Part shown: one piece after another, positions 24,412 to 37,135 of the stretch
How positions within the stretch are numbered: the first letter of the stretch is position 1
Layout of the letters: every line of letters starts with the position of its first letter
Source: Octopus bimaculoides
Taxonomy: Eukaryota
DNA length: 64,000 nucleotides
Reading direction: 5' to 3'
NCBI RefSeq assembly: GCF_001194135.2
Contig: NC_069006.1
Coordinates: forward strand, 164,389-228,388
Notes under the pieces: model-generated
Told to the model about the DNA's origin: nothing
Seen by the model: only the letters and a program-made list of their open reading frames with translations
Databases searched by the model: none
Program-made: the position numbers and the translations under genes

Positions 24412-27400
24412 CGACGACGACGACGACGACGATGACGATGATGATGATGATGAACGACACTGTTTCTATAACAGTGACACCCATTTACAGCTATCATATG
24501 ATGTCAAGAAGACAAAGGGACAACACCACTTCTATACATAGACATACACACAAGACGTGATGGACTTCTTTCTGTTTGTCTACGAAATTCACTTACAAAA
24601 CACTGGTTGGCCAAGGCCTATAGCCGAAGCGCTAGGCCGTGGGACTGCTCTGAAATAATCCCCTGACCTCAGTAAAAAATCCCGTAACCCAAACAAATGA
24701 AATGACAAAGGCTCACCTTCCGTTCCACGTTATCGACCATGTCTTTGATCTTCTCTTTGATGTCTGCAGTGACAATTTTCAGCTGTTTCACCATAAATTC
24801 TAGCTCATTGGTTTTTTCCTCGAGGACCTTTGTCTGATCATCTCTGGAGTCAGCAATGTGGACGCACAGACAAGCGAGCAACGGAGCAGCAGGAAGGAGA
24901 GAGAAACGAAAACAAGAACAAAAACATGAGGACGGAGCCTCAAAGAACTTTCCATAAAACATAGAAAGACGTTTTCTTTAATACAAGACAATCAATAAAC
25001 CAAAACAACTGTTAGAATTCTTACTGCTTGGGGCGAAAGGCTTGGTGCCATTTTGTCTGTTTTTACATTCTAAGTTCAAATGCTGCTGGGGTTGGCTTTA
25101 CCTTTTGGAGTTGATAAAATAAGAACCTGTTGAATATTGGGGGCCAATATAACCAACTTACCCCTCCTTGAAAAATTGCTGACCTTGTGCTAAAATTTGA
25201 AACGATCATTGGGGTTTACTCCGTGGGCTGACCGGCTAGTGGTGATTCTATTTATCATTTTGCTAATTTCTATTATATATCTTCTACATTATTTACTATT
25301 GACGGATATTCATCCTCATCTTGTTTGTCGTTAACACAACGTTTCGGCTGATATACTCTCCAGCCTTCATCACCTGACGAAGGCTGGAGGGGATATATCA
25401 ACCGAAACGTTGTGTTAACAAACAAGATGAGGATGAATATCCGTCAAATGTAAATAATTCCTCATCTCTTAAATATAGAACTGTATATATCCTCTGTTTT
25501 ATCCTTTAATCTGGCAAGATCTCCCTTTCATTGATGTAAACCCCACCTGTTTTGGTTTTTGGTTCGTTTTTGTGTACTGTAACTCATCTTTTGATATTGT
25601 TTTCCATGTCTTAAGCCCTTGTGGCCAATAAAAGAAATTATTACTATTATTATTATTATGAAGGCAGCAGCTAGCAGAACTGTTAATGCACTGGGTGAAG
25701 TGCTTAGCGGAATTTCGTCCGTCCTTATGGTCTGAGTTCAAATTCCGCCGAGATCGAAAGTGCCTTTCATCCTTTCGGGGTTGATTACATAAGTACCAGT
25801 TATGTACAGGGGTCAATGTAATCGACTGGCCTCCTCCCCCACAACTTCAGGCCTTGTGCCTTTAGTAGAAAAGATTATTATTATTAAGGCTGCGAGCCAG
25901 CAAAATTGTCAGCCCACTGGGCAAAATGCTTACCAGCATTTTGTCTGTCTTCATGTTCTGAGCTCAAATTCCACCAAGGTTGACTTTATCTTTCATGCTT
26001 TGGGGATTGATAAAATACCAGTTATGTACAGGGGTCAATGTAATCGACTAACTTCTGCCCTACAAAACTTGTGCCTATCATGGAAAGGATTATTATTATT
26101 AAGATGGCAAAATGGCAGCATTGTTAGAGCATCAGAATAAATGACTTGCAATATTTTCCCCCGACTCTTTACATGCTGAGTTCAAATCCTGCCACGGTCC
26201 AACTTTGCTTTTCATCCTTTCAAAGTCCTCTCGTACTCAAGTGACCCTCACCCCGCACTCTGGTAAATTCCCTCATTGATTTGTTGAGAATAAAGTAATA
26301 ACAGTTGTTGGTTCTAGTAAGGAAGAGACACATACATGGCAACACCAGGAATAAATACTTCAGAACTCCAATTGGAGTTCTGGATTAAAATCTTGTCCAG
26401 GTTCATCAAAATACCAGTCATATGCTGTGGCCACTACAAACTCATTTTTTGTAATTACATTGCAAGTAAAAAAAAAAAAAGGTCGTTAGAAAACTGAAAC
26501 GAATGGCATCCTAATTGACATTATTATCACAACCACCATCATCATCACAATAACCATCACCATCTCAATCACAACAGCCATCACCGTTACAACCATTAAC
26601 ATCTCAACCACCGAGGAGGAGACCTCCTTCGGTCATGGCTGACCAGGGGATTGCACTTAGAAAGTTACCCTCCCAGGCAGAAGTCCGGGCAAGGTTGTTT
26701 ATGGAAGACCAGCAGTTACCCATGCATACCAGCCTCCCCTCTCCGCACCACCGATGTTATCTAAGGGAAAAGGCAAAGGGGCCGATGCAGCTTGGCACCA
26801 GAGATGTTGCAACTCATTTCTACAGCTGAGTGAACTGGAGCAACGTGAAACAAAGTGTCTTGCTCAAGAACACAACACGCAGCCCGGTCCGGGAATCGAA
26901 CTCCCAACCTCAAGATTGTAAGCTTGATGCTGTAACCACTGAGCCATGCGCCTTCACTTCATCTCAACCACCACCACCACCACCACCAACACCACAATAA
27001 ACATTGCTATTGTCACAATGGTAACAACCAACATCACAATCACAACAAATATCATCATCATCATCGCAACAAGCACTGTAATCATAACAAGCAATCATCA
27101 TCACCATCACTACCCTCAACCTCACAACTGTCACCTTTTGTCAGCACCACAACTGCTGTCATCATCACACTCACAACAACCATCATCATCATCAACAATA
27201 CAAATAGAAATAAAATATTCAACAATATATACAGAAGCAAAACTACATATTGCAATGTTAGGGGGGGGGTCCAGGGATTCATTGATGAAGGATGGATTAT
27301 GATGCTATTAGGGAGGAAGACTGATGTCAATACAAGGGGGTAGGGGGTAGGGACACATGCAGCATCACAGAAATATCCGGAAGAAGTTTATTCTGGCATT

Positions 27401-30400
27401 ATTACTACTACTACAACTACTACTACTATTACCATTATTATTATTATTATTATATCACCTTAATATTGATTTCAAATTCTGGCACAAAGCCAGCAATTTT
27501 GGGGGAGGGGTTATGTTGATTATATTGACCCCAGTGTTTGTATCTGATACTTATGTTATTCAATCAACTGTGGAAGGACGAAAGGTAAAGTTGACCTCAG
27601 TGGAGTTTGAACTCAGAATGTGAAAACGGACAAAATGCCACTAAGTCATTTGCCCAGCGTGCTAACGATTCTGCCAGCTCAATGCCTTACAGAATAATAA
27701 TAATAATAATAATAATAATCCTTCACAAGGCCTGAAATTTGGGGGAAAAGGGAATAGTCGATTACATTAACCCCCACTGTTTAACTGGTCCTCATTTTAT
27801 CAACCCTGAAATTATGACAAACAAAGTTGAGCTTGGTGGAATTTGAACTCAAATGAACGAAATGCAACTAACCATTTCACCTGGTATGCTAACGATTCTG
27901 CCAGCTCGTCACCTTAATAATAATAATAATAATAATAATGAAACTAAGAAAAAGAAGCCAGTTCCCCTAAATTAACCAAAATAAAAAGACCAACTGATAT
28001 TTTCTACATATTGTGTAGAATTTACTACTTAAGTTAGAATACTTGTGGGGTTGGAGGATGAGCTATGGCCATGTGGTGGCATTAATGGCAAATGAAATGA
28101 AAATAAAGGCAAACCTGATGAAGAATGCTTTCTGGTCCAGCAAAGAGCTTTGATAAATAATGTCTGTGAGTGTGTGTATACGTGTGTGTGTGTGTGCGCA
28201 ACAGAGCGCTAATGTTTTGAGGGAAAAGTTGGGCATAAGAGGAATTCGATGCAGTAAGAGAAGAGACTGCACTGGTTAGGTCATGTGATCCATATGGCAG
28301 TTGATAGTTGCATCCAGTGGTGCCAATCAAAGTGGCTGGGACTTGTGGAAGAGGGAGACCCAGGAAGACATGGGATGAAATACTGAAGGACAATATCAAG
28401 ACATTGAGCCTTACAAAGGAGATGGTTAAGGACTGAGACATCTGGTGCCCTGCCGTTCTAAAGAAGTCCTGTCCACCATGGAAGAGCAGATACTGGTGCT
28501 GGTGCCAGTTAAAAGCACTCTATGGAGTGGTTGGTGTTAGGAAGGGCATCCAGCTGTAGAAACCATACCAGATCAGACTGGAGCCTGGTGGAGTTTTCCA
28601 GCTTTGGTCACACTGTCGAGTCCATGCCAACATGGACAACAGATGTTAACTGTTGATGATGATGACATATATATGGCCTTCGTGCGGGTGGCACGTAAAA
28701 GCACCCACTACACTCTCTGAGTGGTTGGCGTTAGGAAGGGCATCCAGCTGTAGAAACTCTGCCAAATCAGATTGGAGGCTGGTGTAGCCATCTGGTTTCA
28801 CCAGTCCTCAGTCAAATCGTCCAACCCATGCTAGCATGGAAAGCGGACATTAAACGATGATGATGATATATATATATATATATATATATATTCCTTTGTA
28901 CCTCTGTAATTCAAAGTTCTAGCCATGTTAAATCCTGTGTTGTACTGATTCTGCTTGAGGATTACAGCAAGTATGCGTGTCTATGGAATACTCAGCTACT
29001 TTCAGAGTAAGGTTGCTTGACTGAATGACCAAAACTAACATAGAAACCATTACCATCAAATGGAAGCAGCTAGCAGAATCAGTAGAGCATTGAACAAAAT
29101 ACCTTGTTCTATTTGATTTACCTCCCTTTAAGTTCTATTTATCAAGTTCCGCCGTAATTTGTTGAAACTGACATGAGATGCGTGTGCATGCATGCATGAA
29201 TGTGTGTCCGTCCCTTCCTTGAAGAAATTAGCTGGGGACCAGAACAGCTCCTTCCTACCTTCCATTGGTCAAGCGTTAATCTAGACAAATCTATGCAGAG
29301 AAGGGATGAGTGCACAGCACACAACGTGCATACACTGCACACAACTGAAAGAGAAGAAGAAGAAGAAGTAAGTGCCGACAGTGTAGACCTGCGTTGGAGA
29401 CTTCTTTGATGCACATCTTCCATTACGGTGCGCAAGTTACTGCTGATGTGTTTACCACGTTCTGTGTGTAATTCAAACTTTGTCTTCACAGCAGACTTGG
29501 AGATACATTCCTAAAAGAGAGAGAGAGAAAGAGAGAGTTAGTGAATGGGAGAGGCAGAGAGGGTGCTAATGAGTGGCTGAGAAAGAGGAAGAGAGAGAGT
29601 GAGTGTCTCTTAACAATAACTTATTTATCTATCTTTTGGCAAATATAATTCTCGTCAGCAGTTTTCTGTTCTATGCTGACACTAACTTAGCTACCTGTCT
29701 GTCTATCAACAAATAGAATCCTCGTTAGCCATCTTATATTCTACTGTGTTTTCCCTTTGAATATGATGAATCATAGACTGGGAATCGGAGTGTTCATTTC
29801 AGAATTATTATAAGAGTCCTATTTCATGTACAGTTGCATTTATTTTTTTGCTCTTTTTTTATTTTATTTGTTTTTTTCACTATTAAATATATTTAAGGGT
29901 CTATTACTTAATTGCAAAAATAAACACATTTTTTAGATTTAGCTCAAAAGAGTTTATAATCGTTTTGTTTTCATAGCAATCATGCCAAAGAGAAATCTCG
30001 ATGTCGAGACGGACACAGAAGAAATATTGAACATGAGATCACAATGTTATCCCCTGAACAGGAACACCAACCCATTACAGGGTATACTCATTCAGTCGAG
30101 TGGGGCTTGAGTAATGTGAAATGAAGTGTATTGCTCAAGGAAACAACACAGCCTGGTCAGGGAATTGAACCAGGGTTTTGTGACCACAGGTGCAACAGTT
30201 AAACCACTGGGTTAGTATCAATGCTAAGTAAAAAGACAAAAAAAAAGGGAAATAAAAAAGTAGAAAAGGGGCAATGTATTGACCGTACCTCAAATGTTCG
30301 TTCAAAGTTTGCAAATTCAAATAAACGAACTTGAAAACCTTCCTGTAAGGCACCAACTAAAAACAGAAAAAACGAAAAAAGAAAAAGAAAAAAAGTGAGA

Positions 30401-30601
30401 GAGAAAAGAGTTTAGATTTTATGATTACATTTTGGATTTATGAGGAAAACAAACATTTGCAAATCAGGGCAGGTATAGCAACTATGTCGTTATGAGTTCA
30501 ATCCCAATGCAGGACATCTTGGGTAAATGTCTTCTACTATAACACAGGGCCAACCAATGCCTTGAGGGAATTTGGTGGATGGAAACTGCGAGGAAGCCTA
30601 T

Positions 30602-30639
<38 letters not shown>

Positions 30640-33600
30640 CCCATATCAGCTTCACACATGCAAGTGTGCTAGGTCAGTGTTGTCTCCGTTGCCACCAAGC
30701 CCTCCAGCCAAGAAAGGGCATCCAAACACAGAAACTCTAACTGAAACAAATCCCAACGCCACCATTGACGGGGGTGGTGTTGGGGAATTACAAAGATGCA
30801 ATGTTTGTGGCTTGAATATCTTCGATCATAGGCTTGTTTAATAAGGGGCTGAGCTGGCGGGGTTAGGGTTAGGGTTAGGGTTAGGGTTAGGATTAGGGTT
30901 CAGCAAGAGTAACAGAAAATATCTGCTGCAAAGACATTCGTTCAGACCGTTTGGATTTATTTCATGAAAAGACAACAGAACTACTTTCCTACCTGTTGTT
31001 CTGGAACCATAGATAATCATCGGTGTCATTATGCTTGTGTGGGGGGCTTAATGAGATTTGTTGAATTAGAATGTCTGTGGTTGGATGCCCTTCCTGTCAT
31101 CAACCCCCACTTGTCTGGCCATGCAGAAATGTGTTGCTTGGAGACATGTTTTTCATGGTAAACCGTAAATGAAGGACGTTGCTTGTATGACAGTGACACT
31201 CATTTACAACTGTCAAACAACACCTGGTATCCAATCGTTAGGGACAGGTAGTTGACATAAAGGTTATCAAAGCCCCCCACCCCTATCCACTAGGCATGCC
31301 ATAGTTATGGAGAGGTAGGCATGGCTAAAGGTGACAATCAAAGAAAGACTTACCTGGTGTTGGCGTTCCTTTATCTTCATGTAACCGGGACATTAAGGCT
31401 TCTCGTGCCGACACAAAGAACACACGGGTTTCAGCGTCTTCTGGTCGCACTACATTCAGTTCCTTACCAAGAAATTGGACATTGCGTTCCATGTGTTGTT
31501 TTCTGACCTGAAACACAAACAGAGAAAAAAAACTGAAACACAAACGAAAAGAAAAAACATTCAATGATTACAACCCAGACATACACATATATTCTTTTAT
31601 TCTTTCATTTGTTTCCATCATTTGACTGTGGCCATGATGGAGCACCGCCTGTAGAATGTGAGATGCTTATAGCACCTAGGTTTCCCAAGCGGTCACTCAT
31701 CTAAGTACTCACTAGGCTCAACATTGCTTAACTTTGATGGTCGGACGAGAACTGGTGCATTCAATGTGATATGTCCATAAGCATATATGCATGCCATTTA
31801 TTTAAAGGCCAACAGCTCACTCACTCATACTTGTATACACACACAATATGTCATTGAATTGTCATCATCATTATCATGTCACCTTTTCTATGCCAGCATG
31901 GGTCAGACGGAATATGTTGAGGCAGATTTTCTACAGCAGGATGCTCTTCCTGTTGTCAACCCTCACAGGTTATTTTTCCATGACCAGACACAGAAGGTTG
32001 GATATGAAGAACACCAACTATCACAGAATATCAAGACAAGGAAACACACACACACACACAACAGGTATCCACAGTTTCTGCCTTCCAGATCCACTCACAA
32101 GGCTTCGGTTAGTCTATAAATTGGTAGAATAAGTAGAAGACTTAAAAAGTAAACGCTGGGGTCAATTTGATTGACACTCACACACACACAAACACACATT
32201 AACATATACACAGGAAGGAGCTTCTATTCTGTTTCCATTTACAACTTCTACTCAGATGACATTAATTGACTTGAAGAAACAGTTAAAGGCATTTGGTAAA
32301 AATGGCATGTAGTGGAACTGACCCCTGCGTGGTTGCATAGCCAATTTCCTGCCAACATAACTATGCTTTAGTCTATGTCAGTCTGTTTGTCACTGTATGT
32401 ATGTATGTATGTATGTATATAAGTATGTATTATGTAAATATGCATATGTGTGTGTGTGTGTATGTATGTAAATAGCTGTATATATATGTGTGCATAATAG
32501 AAGACATTTGCCCAAGGTGCCTTGTAGGAATGAACCTGAAACAATGTGGCTGGGAAGCAAACTTCTTAACCACACAGCCACACTCATGCCTGTCTGTGTG
32601 TGTATTTGTATTTATTTTCATTAAGTGTTTGCTTTTACAAAACTCAAGACATTCACAAGATGTTCTTTATTTCTCCTGTTAATAAGTCACCTGTTCACTT
32701 TTTGCCTTTTGCAGCTGTGTGGAGTAAGAGATCTCTTTCAAACGTATTGACCCCTTTATAGCTTTACAGTAGGAAGTAGGAAAGCTGACAAATCCCAATC
32801 CCCTTCAGGTAGATGGCCCTGCTCGATCTGTAGAAAAGGTGTAGGTAGAAACTTCATACGAAGTACTCAGTGTAAGCTATGGACACATAAAAGGTGCAGC
32901 AATATCAAAGGAAGGTTAACCGGGAAAATAGTTTTTGTGTGTGACATGCACAGGAGCAATAAACATTGAAGATGTACAGAAAACAGATTCCATCACATGC
33001 CAGGGGAAGAAACTAGAAGTAATTAATAGCCTCTACTACCTAAGCGACCAAGTCTGTAGTGGGGATGGTTGCTCTGAGAGTGTAGTGGCCAGAATACGAA
33101 TAGCCTGGGTAAAGTTCAGGGAGTTCCTACCTCTGCTAGCAACTAAGGGTGATAGGTAGACTGTATAATGCATGTGTGTGAACTGCCATGCTACATGGCA
33201 GTGAAACATGGGCCATGACTGCTGAGGACATGCGTACGCTTGAAAGAAATGAAGCTAGTATGATCAGCTGGATGTGTAATGTCAGTGTGCACACATGACG
33301 GAGTGTGAATGCCCTGAGAGAAAAGTTGGACATAAGAAGCATCAGATGTGATGTGCAAGAGAGACAACGGTGCTGGTATGGCCATGTGTTACATATGGAT
33401 GAGGACAGCTGTGTGAGGAAGTGCCACTACCTAACTGTGGAGGGAACCTGTGGAAGAGGTAGAGCCAGGAAGACATGGGATGAGGTGGTGAAGCACAACC
33501 TTCAAACATTGGGCTTCAAAGAGGCAATGACAGGAGACCAGGACCTTTGGAAATATGCTGTGATTGAGAAGACCTGACAACTAAAGTGAGATTGCAGCCA

Positions 33601-36600
33601 TGGCTGATGCCAGTGTTGCATGTCCAGCCCATTTAAGAGTACCCTTGATGCGTTGGACAATATGATATGCTTAAGAAGACCTGTTGAGTCAAGTAAAACC
33701 AAAGTCGTAGCTGTGGCCAGTGCCCGCTGACTGGCTCCCGTGTTGGTGGCACGTAAAAGCACCAGCCGAATGTGGTCGATGCCAGGTCTGCATGACTAGC
33801 TCCTGTGCCAGTGGCATGTAAAAACATCATCTGAACATGGCTGATGACAGTGCCTCCTGACTGGCTCCCGTGCCAGTGGCAGTAAAAAGCATTATCTGAA
33901 CGTGCTTGATGCCAGGGCTGCCTGACTGGCTCCCGTGCTGGTGGCACGTAAAAACCACCCACTACACTCTCTGAGTGGTTGGCATTCGAAACAACATCCA
34001 GCTGTAGAAACATTGCCAGATCAGATTGGAACCTGGTGCAGCCTTCTGGCTTTTCAGACCTCAGTCAAACCGTCCAACCCATGCCAGCATAGAACGGACG
34101 TTAAACGATGATGATGAAAGGTGAAATATCCACACAGACGTGCATATATTTCTACACACACACATATATAAAAAACACCTACTGCTTCAATATCTTCTTC
34201 AATAGCCGAAACATCCCATCTGTTTTGTAAGATAAAGATATTTGGTTTAGAGAGTTTAGAGCTGACTTTGTGGAAAAAATTCTTTTCCTGAAATAAAAAT
34301 CAAAAATAAATTTTTTAAAAAATGTCAATTCTTAGAACTGGATGATGATGATGATGATGATGATGATAGAAAGAATGGTAGTGTTGATGATGATGATTAT
34401 AGATTATAAGCGAATGGGATGGCTGTGTGGTTAAGGAGCTCACTTTGCAGTCCTGTATTTTCAGGGCCAGTCCCATTGCTTGGTTCCTTGGGCAAGTATC
34501 TTCAATTATAGCCCTGGGCCAACCAATGCCTTTGTGAGTAAATTTGGTTGAGGGAAGCTGTGTGGAAGTCCATCAAAGTGCAATACATTCATGTTTATGT
34601 GTGTGTGTGTACACACATGCTTTTGTGTTTGTGACTTAGCGGTCAACCAAAAAAACTGATGCGATAAGTACCAGACATGAAGAGTGGGGGTCAATGTATT
34701 CCACTAAGCCCCTTCAAGGTGGTGCCTCAGCATGGTCACAGTCCTACGACTAAAACAAGATAAAATATGATGATGATGATGCTGGTGATGAATGTGATGG
34801 CTATAAGCTATGATGATGATGATGATTACAATGGCAGCGATAGTCATAAGGATGGTGACGATAACGAAAAGTAATAACGAAGATAATAAAAAGGACGACG
34901 ATGACTGAGATGAAAATGATGGAAATAGGTGTAACGTAGAAAGAGTAGCTGATATGAGGGAGGGAGGGAGAGAGTGATAAGTACAAGAATGGTATAAAGA
35001 AGACATAGTAATGGTGTGAGTGTTGAGAGCAGAAGCAGTAGTTTAGCCCCTGGTCTGCCACGATCCAGCTGAGACATGATCAAAGAGGCATTCCAGTGGT
35101 GACATTCCTGTCTTTATGGATATCAGTACATATTGTGTGTGGGTGTGTTGCATCTATAGAAATCCACACCTTACAAGATAGCAATCTGGGAGTCGCACCA
35201 ATAGATTCCTCATGGTCGAAAATGCCCGGAATCGGCCATTTATTATTATTATTTTTTTTTTTTTTTTTCGCTTCCTAAGAGCTGAATTTTTGCATTAAAA
35301 ATCATTTTAAACCATAACTTGTAACAATTTTTAAGTGGGAGAAATACACCAGCATTTGCAAACACGAGTTAAGTCCCCTTCTAGCGACGGTGTAAAGAGA
35401 GAGTGAGAGAGAGATAAAGAGAGTGAGAGAGAGAGAGAGAGAGATAAAGAGAGAGAGAGAGAGAAAGAGAGAGATAAAGTGAGAGAAAGAGAGAACAGAG
35501 AGAGTGAGAGAAAGAGAGAGAGAGAGAACAGATTTTTTAAAATTTCGTCTTTTTTTGGCGAGTGATCAATATAAAACGATTTGCTGAATATCCGTTGCTC
35601 TCCTCATGGCTGGTCGTGCGTGAACATGGGGGACTGTAGACACGCTCCTTCGCAAACGATCAGCCTTTTTTTTGTAAACAATGTTACGAAACTGTCCACG
35701 TTTTTTTTGCAGCGTCCTGCACCCAGATATGCATCTATATATACAGGTAGATGTAGGTATGTACATACATGCACGTATATACGCATAAATGCATGTACGT
35801 ATATACGCATATATTCATATGCTTTCGGTGCAAATGGATTTCTTATACGACGCCGTATTTTACAATCATTTAAATAATAATAATAATGGTATTTTTATAA
35901 ACATTGAAGTTTATGGCGTTCACTGTACAATGACTAACGAAAATAGTCTAATAACGAGGCATATAAGCACTCGGCAGAAAAAAAACAAAGCTTTCCTATC
36001 TGTGTGTGACGGTAACACACTCATGTTAATAAAGGGATGTATGTATGTATATATATATATATATGCATGCTTACTATAGCCTCAGGCTGACCAAAATCTT
36101 GTGAATGGATTTCGTACACGGAAACTGAAAGAAGACTGTCGTATATATGTGTATATTTGTGTATGTGTGTTCCTGTGTCTTGTGTTTGTACCCCCACCAT
36201 TGCTTGACAACTGATGTTGCTGTGTTTACATTCCCGTAACTTAGCGGTTTGGTAAAAGGCACTGACAGAATGGGTACTAGGCTTACAAAGAATAAATCCT
36301 GTGGTTGATTTCTTCGACCAACGACGGTGCTCCACCATGGCCGCAGTCACATGACTGAAACAAGTAAAGCAATAAAAATCTATGCCATTTTAACCCCGAG
36401 CAAGGCCGAGTATCTCTGCTAGTCTTATCTAAGACAACACTGTACAAAGTGTCCAGCTTTTTTTTTTTTTTNNNNNNNNNNNNNNNNNNNNNNNNNNNNN
36501 NNNNNNNNNNNNNNNNNNNNNNNNNNNNNNNNNNGGCTGCTATTTCTAGCAAAGTCAACTGATCACGTAGAGGACCCCTTGATGAGTCTTATGAGAGTAG

Positions 36601-37091
36601 GTGAGGGGGGAGCAGTGGTGACAAGAATCAGGAGTAGCAGGGTGAGATATAAAGTACTGAGCAGTGGTAGGGAGGAGTGGCAGTGTGAGAGAGAGAGAGA
36701 GAAAGCAAAGGGGAGTCAATGGTGAAGAGTAGCGGGATGAGAGATAAGATAGAGAAAAGTGGTAAGGTGGGAAGAGAGACTGGCGAGGAGTATTAGGGTG
36801 AGAGACAAGGTGGGGAGGAGTTGTGGGAGGTGACAAGAAGAATCAGAAGCAGTGGGATGAGAAAGTAGGGAGGAGAGGTAAAGTGGGAGGAGTAACAAAG
36901 TGAAAGAGAAAGCATAGAAGAGTGATAAGGTGGGAGGAGAGAATGATGAGGAGTAATGATTGAGTGAAAGGGAGAGTACTTACAGTTTGCATGAGGGTTG
37001 ATTCAGCATTGGCAACCAGAACGAAGACATCTGCATCCAAACAGTGAGCATCAATCCAGTTGTCAAGATCAGGGGACACATCAATGCCAGG

Positions 37092-37135
<44 letters not shown>

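Noticed and set aside
24240-24560. Poly-Asp, poly-Met and poly-His ORFs
   Set aside because: Translations of (GAA/GAT/GAC)n microsatellites following a repeat tail; no splice or homology support.
33720-33965. Regularly spaced repeats that could be mistaken for a CRISPR array (also 9720-9930, 22441-22580, 48960-49065)
   Set aside because: Whole units are homologous with no unique spacers, the context is eukaryotic retroelement UTR, and there are no cas genes.
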